Assembly: GCA_002471185.1 (NCBI GenBank)
Contig: DKPL01000003.1
Coordinates: forward strand, 1-56,284
Source of the DNA: Bacteroides sp. UBA7335
GTDB lineage: Bacteria; Bacteroidota; Bacteroidia; Bacteroidales; Bacteroidaceae
DNA length: 56,284 nt
Direction of reading: 5' to 3'
Position numbers and translations under genes: made by a program. Positions 20,453 through 29,754 of the stretch are shown in pieces; the first letter of the stretch is position 1, and the number at the start of each line of letters is the position of its first letter. The notes beneath the pieces are model-generated. The model did not search any database. It worked only from the letters and a program-made list of their open reading frames with translations, and was not told the origin of the DNA.

Positions 20453-21925
20453 ATGAAACACTCTTTTTTTGCGGTAGATTTAGGTGCCACTAGTGGGCGT
20501 ACCATTGTTGCCTCGCTTACTGATAAGGGGCTTGAACTAGAAGAGATCAATCGTTTTCCGAACCACTTGACTGAGGTAGGAGGACATTTTTATTGGGATA
20601 TAAACGAACTTTATCGTCATATTATCGAAGGACTTAAACTTGTAGCGCAACGTCAGTTGCCCATTGCCTCTATCGGTATTGATACTTGGGGAGTCGATTT
20701 TGTCTGCATCGGAAAAGATGGTCACATCCTTCGTCAGCCTTACGCCTATCGTGATCCTCATACGGTGGGAGCGCCCGAAGCATTTTTTGCTCGTGTTCCT
20801 CGCGAAGAGGTTTATCGCACCACCGGTATTCAAGTGATGAACTTCAACTCTCTTTTCCAACTCGATACATTGCGTCGTAATAATGACAGTGCACTCGAGG
20901 CTGCTGATAAAGTTGCCTTTATGCCCGATGCTTTAAGCTATTTGCTCACTGGTAAACTGGTAACCGAATATACCATTGCTAGTACTTCGCAGCTGGTGAA
21001 TGCTAAGACTAAAGCGTTGGCTCCTGAGCTACTTAAAGCGGTAGGACTGACCGAAGGTAATTTTGGAGAGTTTGTATTTCCCGGACATCATATTGGTACA
21101 CTTACCCAAGAGGTGCAACGCATGACCGGTCTTGGGGCCATTCCGGTAGTTGCCGTAGCCGGACACGACACCGCATCGGCAGTTGCAGCCGTACCTGCTC
21201 TAGATAAGCACTTTGCTTATTTGAGTAGCGGCACTTGGTCGCTTTTAGGAATCGAAACCGAAGCACCCGTCATAACACAAGACACTGAACGATTAAACTT
21301 TACCAATGAAGGTGGAGTAGGTGGTACCATCCGTTTGTTGAAGAACGTTTGCGGCATGTGGCTGTTAGAACGTTGTCGCGAAGGTTGGGGCGAAACAACT
21401 TATCCTGAGTTGATTGCTGAAACTGAAGCGTGTGAACCTTTCCGCAGTTTAATCAACCCCGATGATAAAATTTTTGCCAATCCTGCCTCGATGGAGAAAG
21501 CCATCTGTGAATATTGCGAATCAACCGGACAACCTGCACCCGAAACTCGCGGACAATTTACACGTTGCATCTTTGAAAGCTTGGCGCTTAGATACCGTCA
21601 AGTCATTGAAGACCTGCAAGCTCTTTCGCCCAACACGGTCGAAACGTTGAACATTATCGGCGGGGGAAGCCGCAATGCTTTGCTCAATCAATTTACTGCC
21701 GATGCCACTCACTTGAAAGTGGTAGCCGGTCCGTCAGAGGCTACAGCCATTGGTAATGTGATGATTCAAGCAATGGCTGCCGGTGTGGTAGCCAACATCG
21801 AACAAATGAGAAAACTAATTTATAAATCGGTACCTACGCAAACCTATTTACCTGCGCAAACTACCGATTGGGATATTGCATATATACATTTTAAAAGATA
21901 TTGTCATGAAAGAAGAACTAATTAA
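20453..21925 (+). CDS. rhaB: Rhamnulokinase
   Basis: AVDLGATSGR, GIDTWGVD, GHDTASA and SSGTWSL motifs (FGGY kinase). Confidence 0.93.
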   Translation: MKHSFFAVDLGATSGRTIVASLTDKGLELEEINRFPNHLTEVGGHFYWDINELYRHIIEGLKLVAQRQLPIASIGIDTWGVDFVCIGKDGHILRQPYAYRDPHTVGAPEAFFARVPREEVYRTTGIQVMNFNSLFQLDTLRRNNDSALEAADKVAFMPDALSYLLTGKLVTEYTIASTSQLVNAKTKALAPELLKAVGLTEGNFGEFVFPGHHIGTLTQEVQRMTGLGAIPVVAVAGHDTASAVAAVPALDKHFAYLSSGTWSLLGIETEAPVITQDTERLNFTNEGGVGGTIRLLKNVCGMWLLERCREGWGETTYPELIAETEACEPFRSLINPDDKIFANPASMEKAICEYCESTGQPAPETRGQFTRCIFESLALRYRQVIEDLQALSPNTVETLNIIGGGSRNALLNQFTADATHLKVVAGPSEATAIGNVMIQAMAAGVVANIEQMRKLIYKSVPTQTYLPAQTTDWDIAYIHFKRYCHERRTN

Positions 21926-23156
21926 AAAAGCGTATGATATTGCGGTAGAACGCTATGCCGCTGTGGGAGTTGATGTGGAAAAAGCATTAGAGAAACTTCA
22001 ACAAGTTGCGTTGTCATTGCATTGCTGGCAAGCTGACGATGTGGCTGGTTTCGAATCAAAAGGCTCATTGTCGGGAGGTATTCAAGCTACGGGTAACTAT
22101 CCGGGCAAAGCACGCAATATGGAAGAGCTTCGTGCCGATATCTTAAAGGCTGCAAGTTACATTCCGGGACAACATCGCTTGAACCTTCATGCCATTTATG
22201 GAGATTTTGGTGGTCAGTTTGTTGACCGCGATGAAATTGAGCCAAAACACTTTACTAGCTGGATGGAATGGGCTAAAGAGCACAACATGAAGCTTGATTT
22301 CAACTCATCTTCTTTCTCGCACGCTAAGAGTGGCGATCTTTCGCTTTCAAATCCCGATGAGTCTATTCGTCAGTTCTGGATTGAACACACTAAGCGCTGT
22401 CGTAACATCGCCAACGAAATGGGTAAGTTCCAAAACGACCCTTGTATCATGAACCTTTGGGTACACGATGGTAGCAAAGATCAAACAGTAAATCGCATGA
22501 AGTATCGTGAGTTGTTGAAAGACTCATTGGATCAAATTTTTGCGGTAGATTATAAAGACATGAAAGACTGTATCGAATCGAAAGTATTCGGAATTGGTCT
22601 TGAAAGCTATACAGTAGGTTCAAACGATTTCTATATCGGTTATGGAGTAAGTCGCCAAAAGATAGTAACTTTAGATACCGGTCACTTCCATCCTACTGAA
22701 AGCGTAGCTGATAAAATCTCTTCTTTATTGCTTTACATTCCCGAAATTATGCTTCATGTTAGTCGTCCTATTCGTTGGGATAGCGACCACGTGACTATAA
22801 TGAACGATGACACACTAGAGTTGGCAAAAGAGATTGTACGCTGCGACGCATTAGACCGTGTACATATTGGTCTTGACTACTTTGATGCAAGTATCAACCG
22901 CATCGGTGCTTATGTAGTAGGTAGCCGTGCTACTCAGAAGTGCATGATGCAAGCATTGCTTGAGCCACTGGCATTGCTTCGCAAGTATGAAGCTAACGGT
23001 CAATATTTCGAAAGATTGGCTTTGCTTGAAGAGTCTAAATCTCTTCCTTGGAATGCAGTATGGGATATGTTCTGTTTAAGAAATAACGTTCCTGTGGGCG
23101 AAAGCTTCATCGCTGATATTCAGAAATACGAAACTGAAGTTACTTCAAAACGATAA
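21906..23156 (+). CDS. rhaA: L-rhamnose isomerase
   Basis: SLHCWQADDV, ATGNYPGKAR, ESKVFGIGLESY and GHFHPTE motifs; start moved to MKEELI at 21906. Confidence 0.95.
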   Translation: MKEELIKKAYDIAVERYAAVGVDVEKALEKLQQVALSLHCWQADDVAGFESKGSLSGGIQATGNYPGKARNMEELRADILKAASYIPGQHRLNLHAIYGDFGGQFVDRDEIEPKHFTSWMEWAKEHNMKLDFNSSSFSHAKSGDLSLSNPDESIRQFWIEHTKRCRNIANEMGKFQNDPCIMNLWVHDGSKDQTVNRMKYRELLKDSLDQIFAVDYKDMKDCIESKVFGIGLESYTVGSNDFYIGYGVSRQKIVTLDTGHFHPTESVADKISSLLLYIPEIMLHVSRPIRWDSDHVTIMNDDTLELAKEIVRCDALDRVHIGLDYFDASINRIGAYVVGSRATQKCMMQALLEPLALLRKYEANGQYFERLALLEESKSLPWNAVWDMFCLRNNVPVGESFIADIQKYETEVTSKR

Positions 23157-23192
23157 CGAATCAACAGATAATCAAACAACAAGATAAGAACC

Positions 23193-24224
23193 ATGAACAC
23201 ACTGTTAGGACTTATAATCATTGCAATCGGTAGTTTCGGGCAGAGTAGCTCGTATGTTCCCATCAACAAGGTGAAAAACTGGTCGTGGGAGAATTTTTGG
23301 TTAACTCAAGGTGTCTTTGCCTGGTTGGTATTTCCATTTTTAGGTGCCTTATTGGCTGTTCCTACTGGTGGTAGCTTAATTGATTTATGGGGTGCAGGTG
23401 GTGCGCTTGGTTCTATCATTTATGGTGTACTTTGGGGAATTGGTGGGTTAACCTTTGGCTTAAGTATGCGCTATCTTGGAGTAGCGTTGGGACAAAGCAT
23501 CGCCTTGGGCACTTGCTCGGCATTTGGTACCTTGTTTCCTGCTCTTTTTGCAGGCGACAACTTGTTAGAAGGCGAGGGGCTGATGCTACTTATTGGTGTC
23601 TGTGTTACTTTGGCGGGTATTGCCATCATCGGTTATGCCGGTAGCCTCCGTTCTAAGAACATGACCGACGAAGAGAAGAAAGCGGCAGTCAAAGATTTTG
23701 CATTGACAAAAGGACTTGCGGTAGCTTTGTTGGCGGGTGTGATGAGTGCTTGTTTTGCCTTGGGATTGGCATCGGGGGCTCCTATCAAAGAAATGGCTTT
23801 GGCTAGTGGTGTCGATCCTCTCTTTGCCGGATTGCCTATTGTGTTTTTGGTTACTATGGGTGGTTTTTTTACCAATGCTGCTTACTGTATTCAACAAAAC
23901 ATTAAGAACAAAACCGGAAAGGAATATTTGTCAATCACCGGTAAGCAATTTGCCAACAATGTATTGTTTTGCGCTTTAGCCGGTGTGCTTTGGTACTCGC
24001 AATTTTTCGGATTAGAGATGGGAAAGAGCTTCCTAGTAGATAACCCACTATTATTGGCTTTCTCGTGGAGCATCCTAATGTCATTGAATGTAACATTCAG
24101 TAATGTGTGGGGCATCATCTTGAAAGAGTGGAAAGGAGTTGGTATGAGCACCATTACCGTTTTGGTACTAGGCTTGTTTGTGCTTATCTCTTCTATTATC
24201 TTGGTGGCTATGTCGCAAATCTAA
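23193..24224 (+). CDS. rhaT: L-rhamnose/proton symporter
   Basis: WSWENFW, LSMRYLGVALG and WGIILKEW motifs; multi-TM protein. Confidence 0.93.
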   Translation: MNTLLGLIIIAIGSFGQSSSYVPINKVKNWSWENFWLTQGVFAWLVFPFLGALLAVPTGGSLIDLWGAGGALGSIIYGVLWGIGGLTFGLSMRYLGVALGQSIALGTCSAFGTLFPALFAGDNLLEGEGLMLLIGVCVTLAGIAIIGYAGSLRSKNMTDEEKKAAVKDFALTKGLAVALLAGVMSACFALGLASGAPIKEMALASGVDPLFAGLPIVFLVTMGGFFTNAAYCIQQNIKNKTGKEYLSITGKQFANNVLFCALAGVLWYSQFFGLEMGKSFLVDNPLLLAFSWSILMSLNVTFSNVWGIILKEWKGVGMSTITVLVLGLFVLISSIILVAMSQI

Positions 24225-24275
24225 CCGCCTCAATTTACCTATTACTATTTATTCTAAATCATATCAATAAGAACA

Positions 24276-25085
24276 ATGAAATCAATTTTAGATAATCGTC
24301 CCGGATTGGCAAAAGAGGTTGGTCGCATTGCCGAAGTGGCAGGCTACCTATGGCAAAAAGGCTGGGCCGAACGCAACGGTGGAAACATTGTTGTAAACGT
24401 TACTGAGTATATCGATGATGAAATAGCAGCAATGCCTGCTATTGGCGAAGCAAAACCTATTGGGGCTACTCTTCCTCACATAAAAGGTTGCTATTTCTAC
24501 TGCAAAGGAACCAACAAACGCATGCGCGACTTGGCTCGCTGGCCAATGGAGAATGGCTCTATCATTCGTATTCTTGACGACTGTGCCAGTTATGTGATTA
24601 TTGCAGATGAACCGGTGGCACCCACTTCTGAGTTGCCTTCACACTTGAGTGTTCACAACGATTTAATTGGCAAAGGATCTCCTTACAAGGCATCTGTGCA
24701 TACACATCCTATTGAACTAATCGCCATGTCTCATTGCAACAAGTTCTTAGAAAAAGATGTAGCTACCAACTTGTTGTGGAGCATGATTCCTGAAACTAAA
24801 GCTTTCTGTCCACGCGGTTTAGGTATTATTCCTTACGAACTACCTAGCTCGGTGGCCCTAGCAGGATCAACACTAAGCGAGTTGGAAGATTATGACGTAG
24901 TGCTGTGGGAGAAACATGGAGTGTTTGCAGTCGATACAGATGCTATGCAAGCTTTCGATCAGATTGATGTGCTTAATAAATCGGCATTGATTTATATTGC
25001 TGCCAAAAACATGGGTTTTGAGCCTGATGGTATGAGCCAAGAACAGATGAAAGAAATGAGTGTAGCTTTCAATTTACCTAAGTAA
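24276..25085 (+). CDS. rhaD: Rhamnulose-1-phosphate aldolase
   Basis: GWAERNGGN, PTSELPSH, HTHP and WEKHG motifs. Confidence 0.94.
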   Translation: MKSILDNRPGLAKEVGRIAEVAGYLWQKGWAERNGGNIVVNVTEYIDDEIAAMPAIGEAKPIGATLPHIKGCYFYCKGTNKRMRDLARWPMENGSIIRILDDCASYVIIADEPVAPTSELPSHLSVHNDLIGKGSPYKASVHTHPIELIAMSHCNKFLEKDVATNLLWSMIPETKAFCPRGLGIIPYELPSSVALAGSTLSELEDYDVVLWEKHGVFAVDTDAMQAFDQIDVLNKSALIYIAAKNMGFEPDGMSQEQMKEMSVAFNLPK

Positions 25086-25119
25086 AAGGGGCTATAAACC
25101 AATCATAATAATGTGTAAG

Positions 25120-25153
25120 AGGAGTTTATCAACCGTTGATAGACTCCTTTTTT
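25120..25153 (+). terminator. Terminator of the rha operon
   Basis: AGGAGTTTATCAAC / GTTGATAGACTCCT stem followed by a T-run. Confidence 0.85.
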
Positions 25154-25268
25154 ATGTAGAGATTAAAACCTTATTTTTATTTCTTGTTGTTTATTCAAAA
25201 CCATGATGGAATGTTTTTGTTATTATATCATTAAATGATATGAAATTCTAACTAAACAATAACTAATT

Positions 25269-26240
25269 ATGGAACGAACAAGAAATAGAAAATCCATCTT
25301 TGCCGTGATGTTGCTTTGTGCATTGGCACTAACAGGATGCGTGAAAAACTATTATTATGAATGTGATGGATCGGGCGATGACTCCTCTGGCGGAGGTGGA
25401 ACAAACGCTCAAGAGTATGCAGTTAAGTTTCGAGCAAATGTTAACCAAGAAAGTAATGCTATTGTAAGAGCAGGAACTTCTACACCATTGCAACAAAACA
25501 GATATGTTACAGTGTACTCATTTATTTATCAAGATGATAACTTAGCAGAATTGTCTGATTATCATACTGTTCAAAGTGGTATATTGTCTCCGGTAACTGG
25601 TGATGGTCTTTATCTTCCTTCTGCTAATTATGATTTTTATGCTTTGACTATTGGTAATAAACCTATTTATGCTCCTACGGTTTATGACTATCAAACCGGT
25701 ATGGTAAGTGGTTTGAGTAATGGACTTGATTATTTGAGCTGTGTGATAGAAAAACAAACCATAAGTGGTCCTACTTCACTCAACTTAACATTCAACCATA
25801 TGGCTTCGCAGTTGAAAGTTATTGTTGAATCGGGTGCATCAACTACTGTTGTCGACTCTATTGTTGATGCCACTATTACTCCTCCGGTGGCAAGTTCTGC
25901 ATCTATTTTCTTGTATACAGGTACAATATTAAGTGCTACATCTTTATCTACACAGCCATTATCTATGGCTATTACCGATTCGTTGTGTCAGCAAATCTTG
26001 TTACCTTTAAAATATTCTGGCAATCTTACTATGGATTTTGCTGCATACGTTAACGGATCAACTACTCCTGTCAATTATTCGGTAGCCATTCCGTTGGTCA
26101 ATGGTATGTTGAAATCGGGTTCATCATACGAATATAAAGTATTGATTAACGAAAGTAAAGTAGATATAGCCACTGCATCGGTCAACCCTTGGACAGAAGT
26201 TGACGAAACCGGTACACCACTCAATCCAACCCCCTTATAA
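25269..26240 (+). CDS. Fimbrillin-family (type V pilin, Mfa-like) lipoprotein
   Basis: Lipobox LTGC; putative Arg processing site IVR/AG; LTFNHMASQL; C-terminal SGSSYEY...VNPW. Confidence 0.75.
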   Translation: MERTRNRKSIFAVMLLCALALTGCVKNYYYECDGSGDDSSGGGGTNAQEYAVKFRANVNQESNAIVRAGTSTPLQQNRYVTVYSFIYQDDNLAELSDYHTVQSGILSPVTGDGLYLPSANYDFYALTIGNKPIYAPTVYDYQTGMVSGLSNGLDYLSCVIEKQTISGPTSLNLTFNHMASQLKVIVESGASTTVVDSIVDATITPPVASSASIFLYTGTILSATSLSTQPLSMAITDSLCQQILLPLKYSGNLTMDFAAYVNGSTTPVNYSVAIPLVNGMLKSGSSYEYKVLINESKVDIATASVNPWTEVDETGTPLNPTPL

Positions 26241-26260
26241 AACATGGGGTTTGAAAATAG

Positions 26261-26309
26261 AAAAAGCAATCCTCTTGTGCATCATTACAGCACAAGAGGA
26301 TTGCTTTTT
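26261..26309. terminator. Bidirectional terminator
   Basis: Perfect 20-bp inverted repeat AAAAAGCAATCCTCTTGTGC / GCACAAGAGGATTGCTTTTT. Confidence 0.9.
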
Positions 26310-26333
26310 ATTTATGCTAAGTCGCTTTTTCTT

Positions 26334-26660
26334 TTACTCTAATGAGATCACTTTTTTGATGCCCAATATCAATAACACTACTACTGCAATAATAATTGAT
26401 TTAGGATTGGTATACAAGTCGCTTGATTGCGCAATCGATACAAAAATATCGCGGAAGATATAAATCAGTCCTAAGAACCCATCATACATAATGAAGAGTA
26501 CAAATGCCAAAAGTGTAATAATCAGGGTGCAGATTTTAAATGCAACTCTTCTCTCTTTAGGTAAGCTTTGCATTACTTTGCGACTGAATCCTCGGTCGGC
26601 TATCTCTTTCTTGTTGTCTTCAAAAAAGTGACGAATCATTTTATCATCTGTTTCCATCAT
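26334..26660 (-). CDS. DUF5056-like membrane protein, putative anti-sigma factor
   Basis: IADRGFSRKVMQSLP followed by two TM segments; overlaps the ECF sigma stop codon. Confidence 0.75.
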   Translation of the reverse strand: MMETDDKMIRHFFEDNKKEIADRGFSRKVMQSLPKERRVAFKICTLIITLLAFVLFIMYDGFLGLIYIFRDIFVSIAQSSDLYTNPKSIIIAVVVLLILGIKKVISLE

Positions 26661-27192
26661 AACCGTTTTGTTTTAAATAAGAAGCCATTTTCTCTTTGGC
26701 TCTCGACAGGTGGCTCTTTACTGTTCCTGTAGGGAGACCGGTTATACCCGATATTTTGTCAATACTTACATCTTCCATATAAAATAACGTAATGCAAGTA
26801 CGTTCGGTTTCCTTGAGCTGCCTTAAAGCTTCATAAATATCCATTTTTTGTCCCACATTGACTTGCTCTGTGTTGTATTGGTTATCTATTTCGCGTGCAT
26901 TCAAGTCGGCCGTTAGCTTCTGGCTGCGAATATAATCATAAAATACATTATAAGCAATTCGATAGAGCCAAGTTGAGAAGCTAGAAAGATTTTGAAAGCT
27001 AGCTATGTTTGTGTAAGCTTTGATAAACGTATCTTGGGCTAGGTCGTCGCTTAGTTCGCTATCGCCACACGTCTGGTTTAAGAAAAACCGGCGGATGGGC
27101 GATTGATACTTTTGCACCAACTGGTCGAAGGCCTTAGTGTTGCGAAACACTACGACCTGCGCCACCAATGATATGTCGTTTAGTTGGCTCAT
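26644..27192 (-). CDS. ECF RNA polymerase sigma factor
   Basis: Region 2 DDLAQDTFIKAY and FSTWLYRIAYN; region 4 GTVKSHLSRAK. Confidence 0.95.
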   Translation of the reverse strand: MSQLNDISLVAQVVVFRNTKAFDQLVQKYQSPIRRFFLNQTCGDSELSDDLAQDTFIKAYTNIASFQNLSSFSTWLYRIAYNVFYDYIRSQKLTADLNAREIDNQYNTEQVNVGQKMDIYEALRQLKETERTCITLFYMEDVSIDKISGITGLPTGTVKSHLSRAKEKMASYLKQNGYDGNR

Positions 27193-27854
27193 TCGTTATT
27201 ATTGTTCGAGCTGTTTTTGCGAGCTACCAAGTATTGCCCTACTCCATTGAAAAATACTAGAATACCGATACAGCCTACTCCAAAACTACCTGTAATGGCC
27301 CATAAGAAGATAAAGAGTCCTAAACCGGTACACATATTCTTTATCCCTTTGTTTTGGGTGTCGAGCTTATCTTTCAGGATACCCTCGGGTAGTGGCTGTC
27401 CCGACTCTAAGGCCTTCTCTACCAATCGGTAGCGTTCGCGACGGTTGCGGTAGCGGAAGTAAAAAGCCAATAGGATAATAATCAGTGGGAAGGCAAATAC
27501 TACAGCTATAGAAAAAAAGGCCAATGAGATGCCTGCGCTAGCCGTAGCTCCTATATCTTTTAAAAAGCTACTGTCAATATTCAGACCTTTAGTGAGGTCG
27601 GCAACACCATTACCATAATCGTCGTTTACACTATCTATCACGGTACTCTCAACGGTTATTCCTTCTTCGTCTGTGTCGGTATAAGAGGGCGTATAACTGG
27701 TCGTTGTAGCGACTTTCTTTTGTTGCACCACAGTCTGTGCAGCCTTTTTGTTTCCACTGCTATCTGTATTGCTGACTGTGATTTTGGCTGATTGAGCAAG
27801 TGCTATTGAGCAACTCATCAACACAATCGTTAAAGTGGTTAAAATCTTTTTCAT
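27189..27854 (-). CDS. DUF6249-like membrane protein
   Basis: Signal peptide, TM segment, RYRLVEKALESGQPLP, two more TM segments; translationally coupled to the ECF sigma. Confidence 0.75.
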   Translation of the reverse strand: MKKILTTLTIVLMSCSIALAQSAKITVSNTDSSGNKKAAQTVVQQKKVATTTSYTPSYTDTDEEGITVESTVIDSVNDDYGNGVADLTKGLNIDSSFLKDIGATASAGISLAFFSIAVVFAFPLIIILLAFYFRYRNRRERYRLVEKALESGQPLPEGILKDKLDTQNKGIKNMCTGLGLFIFLWAITGSFGVGCIGILVFFNGVGQYLVARKNSSNNNNE

Positions 27855-27885
27855 ATTGGGTATCGTTATTATTTTTATTTGAGTA

Positions 27886-27916
27886 TTAGACGTAGTTCGT
27901 GTTGCCTAAAGTTGCA
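27886..27916 (-). promoter_or_regulatory. Putative ECF-sigma promoter (autoregulation)
   Basis: Minus strand reads TGCAAC-N18-CGTCTAA, about 30 nt upstream of the ECF operon. Confidence 0.55.
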
Positions 27917-28006
27917 AAGGGACTATTTTTTTTTGATATTTGCAGCAAGATAATAAATAAATCGTCTCATTAACAATGAGATTACCCCTTTTCTGAGGCA
28001 AAAGAT

Positions 28007-29437
28007 ATGAATTTACCTGCTCCATTTATTGAATATACTCGCAGTCTGTTGGGCGATGAGGCTTACCAAAAATTAGCCCAAGCACTCTCTGAAACTCCTC
28101 CTGTTAGCATTCGTTTCAATCCCGAAAAGTACAACTTACCTTCGGTTGCATACGATAAGGTTCCTTGGAGTAGCGAGGGAGTTTATTTAGACGAACGACT
28201 TACGTTTACTTTCGATCCGTTGTTTCATGCGGGTTGTTACTATGTACAAGAAGCCTCTTCGATGTTTGTTGAGCAAGTGTTGCGTCAGTATGTCAGTGGA
28301 GCCATTAAAATGCTCGACCTTTGTGCGGCACCCGGTGGAAAGTCCACACACGCTCGTAGTGTGTTGCCTCAAGGCAGCTTGTTGGTGTCCAACGAACTGA
28401 TGCGCAATCGCTCGCAGGTGCTTGCCGAAAACCTGACCAAGTGGGGCTACCCCGAAGTGGTGGTAACCAATAACGATCCTGCCGATTTTACTTCTTTGAC
28501 CGACTTCTTTGATGTGATACTAACTGATGTGCCTTGTTCGGGTGAGGGAATGTTTCGCAAAGACGAAGTTGCCATTGAAGAGTGGAGTCCCGAGAATGTT
28601 GAAATCTGCTGGCAGCGTCAACGTCGTATCATTGCCGATATATGGCCCTCGTTGAAACCGGGCGGACTACTGATATATAGCACTTGCACCTACAATACTA
28701 AAGAGAACGAAGAGAATGTGCAGTGGATAAGCCAAACCTATGATGCTGAGGTACTGCCAGTGGCTACTCAAACCGATTGGAACATCACCGGCAATCTCTT
28801 GGCTGGAGCCGATTTCCCCGTTTATCGCTTTTTGCCCTCACGCACTCGTGGCGAAGGTTTCTTTTTGGCCTTGCTACGCAAACCGGCTGATGAAGATGAA
28901 GTGGGGCAAAACTACCAAGCTAAGTCAAAAAAAGGTCGCAAGAAACTCGATAACAAAGCGCGTAAAAAGGCACCAATCATTACCAAAGAACAGCTGAAGT
29001 TGGCTAGTAGCTGGCTCAATCAAGTCGATAGCTTCAGCTTACAGACCGATGATACCACGGTGAGCGTATGGCCCGTGCGCTATGCCGACGATATCGAAAC
29101 CCTACGCGATGCACTTCGCGTGGTTCAAGCCGGTGTAACAGTTGCCGAAGTGAAAGGACGCGACCTAATTCCAGATCATGCCTTGGCCATGAGTAATCTA
29201 TTGGCTGATGATGTTTTTGCACAGCAAGAGGTCAGTTACGAACAAGCCATTGCCTATTTGCGCAAAGAAGCCATCTGTTTACCCCTCGAAGCTCCCAAAG
29301 GATATGTACTACTGACTTACCGACAAAAACCGCTGGGCTTTGTGAAGAATATAGGTAACCGTGCCAACAACTTGTATCCACAAGAGTGGCGCATCCGGAG
29401 TGGTTATTTGCCTGAAGAGATTAAAACCATTGATTGA
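28007..29437 (+). CDS. rsmF: rRNA cytosine-C5 methyltransferase (RsmF/YebU, NOL1/NOP2 family)
   Basis: YYVQEASSM, DLCAAPGGKS, DVPCSGEGMFRK, YSTCT and NNLYPQEWR motifs. Confidence 0.9.
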   Translation: MNLPAPFIEYTRSLLGDEAYQKLAQALSETPPVSIRFNPEKYNLPSVAYDKVPWSSEGVYLDERLTFTFDPLFHAGCYYVQEASSMFVEQVLRQYVSGAIKMLDLCAAPGGKSTHARSVLPQGSLLVSNELMRNRSQVLAENLTKWGYPEVVVTNNDPADFTSLTDFFDVILTDVPCSGEGMFRKDEVAIEEWSPENVEICWQRQRRIIADIWPSLKPGGLLIYSTCTYNTKENEENVQWISQTYDAEVLPVATQTDWNITGNLLAGADFPVYRFLPSRTRGEGFFLALLRKPADEDEVGQNYQAKSKKGRKKLDNKARKKAPIITKEQLKLASSWLNQVDSFSLQTDDTTVSVWPVRYADDIETLRDALRVVQAGVTVAEVKGRDLIPDHALAMSNLLADDVFAQQEVSYEQAIAYLRKEAICLPLEAPKGYVLLTYRQKPLGFVKNIGNRANNLYPQEWRIRSGYLPEEIKTID

Positions 29438-29456
29438 TGCTGGTTGTATAAAAAAG

Positions 29457-29502
29457 ATAGAAAGCGAGCCGAAGTTAACAGTAACTTCGGCTCGCTTTCT
29501 AT
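29457..29502. terminator. Strong hairpin or terminator after rsmF
   Basis: Perfect 21-bp inverted repeat ATAGAAAGCGAGCCGAAGTTA / TAACTTCGGCTCGCTTTCTAT. Confidence 0.8.
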
Positions 29503-29522
29503 AATAGTACCTTAGAAAGAGT

Positions 29523-29744
29523 CTAAAACTCCTTTTCTACCGATAGAGTAGTTCCTTTCTACGGACTAAAACTCCTTTTCTAACACCAATAACATCCCCA
29601 TGTTATTACCAACAACATCCCCATGTTTTTACTAACAACATCCCCATGTTTTGATAGACAACATCCCCATGTTGTTACTGCTGAAAGCCTATTTGCTATT
29701 TATAAGAAACAGACTTTCAGCAATTCAGAAAGAGAGTTTCAGCA
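29523..29744. repeat. Mosaic of three short tandem repeat types (21-23 nt period)
   Basis: Three CTCCTTTTCTA-type units (29529-29582); AACATCCCCATGTT at 29591, 29614, 29637 and 29660; AGAAAsAGAsTTTCAGCA at 29705 and 29727. Confidence 0.85.
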
Positions 29745-29754
29745 GAAAGATAAG

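Noticed and set aside
29591-29673. AACATCCCCATGTT repeats as a mini-CRISPR
   Set aside because: Repeats of 14 nt with 9-nt linkers are far too short, the linkers resemble each other, and there are no cas genes.
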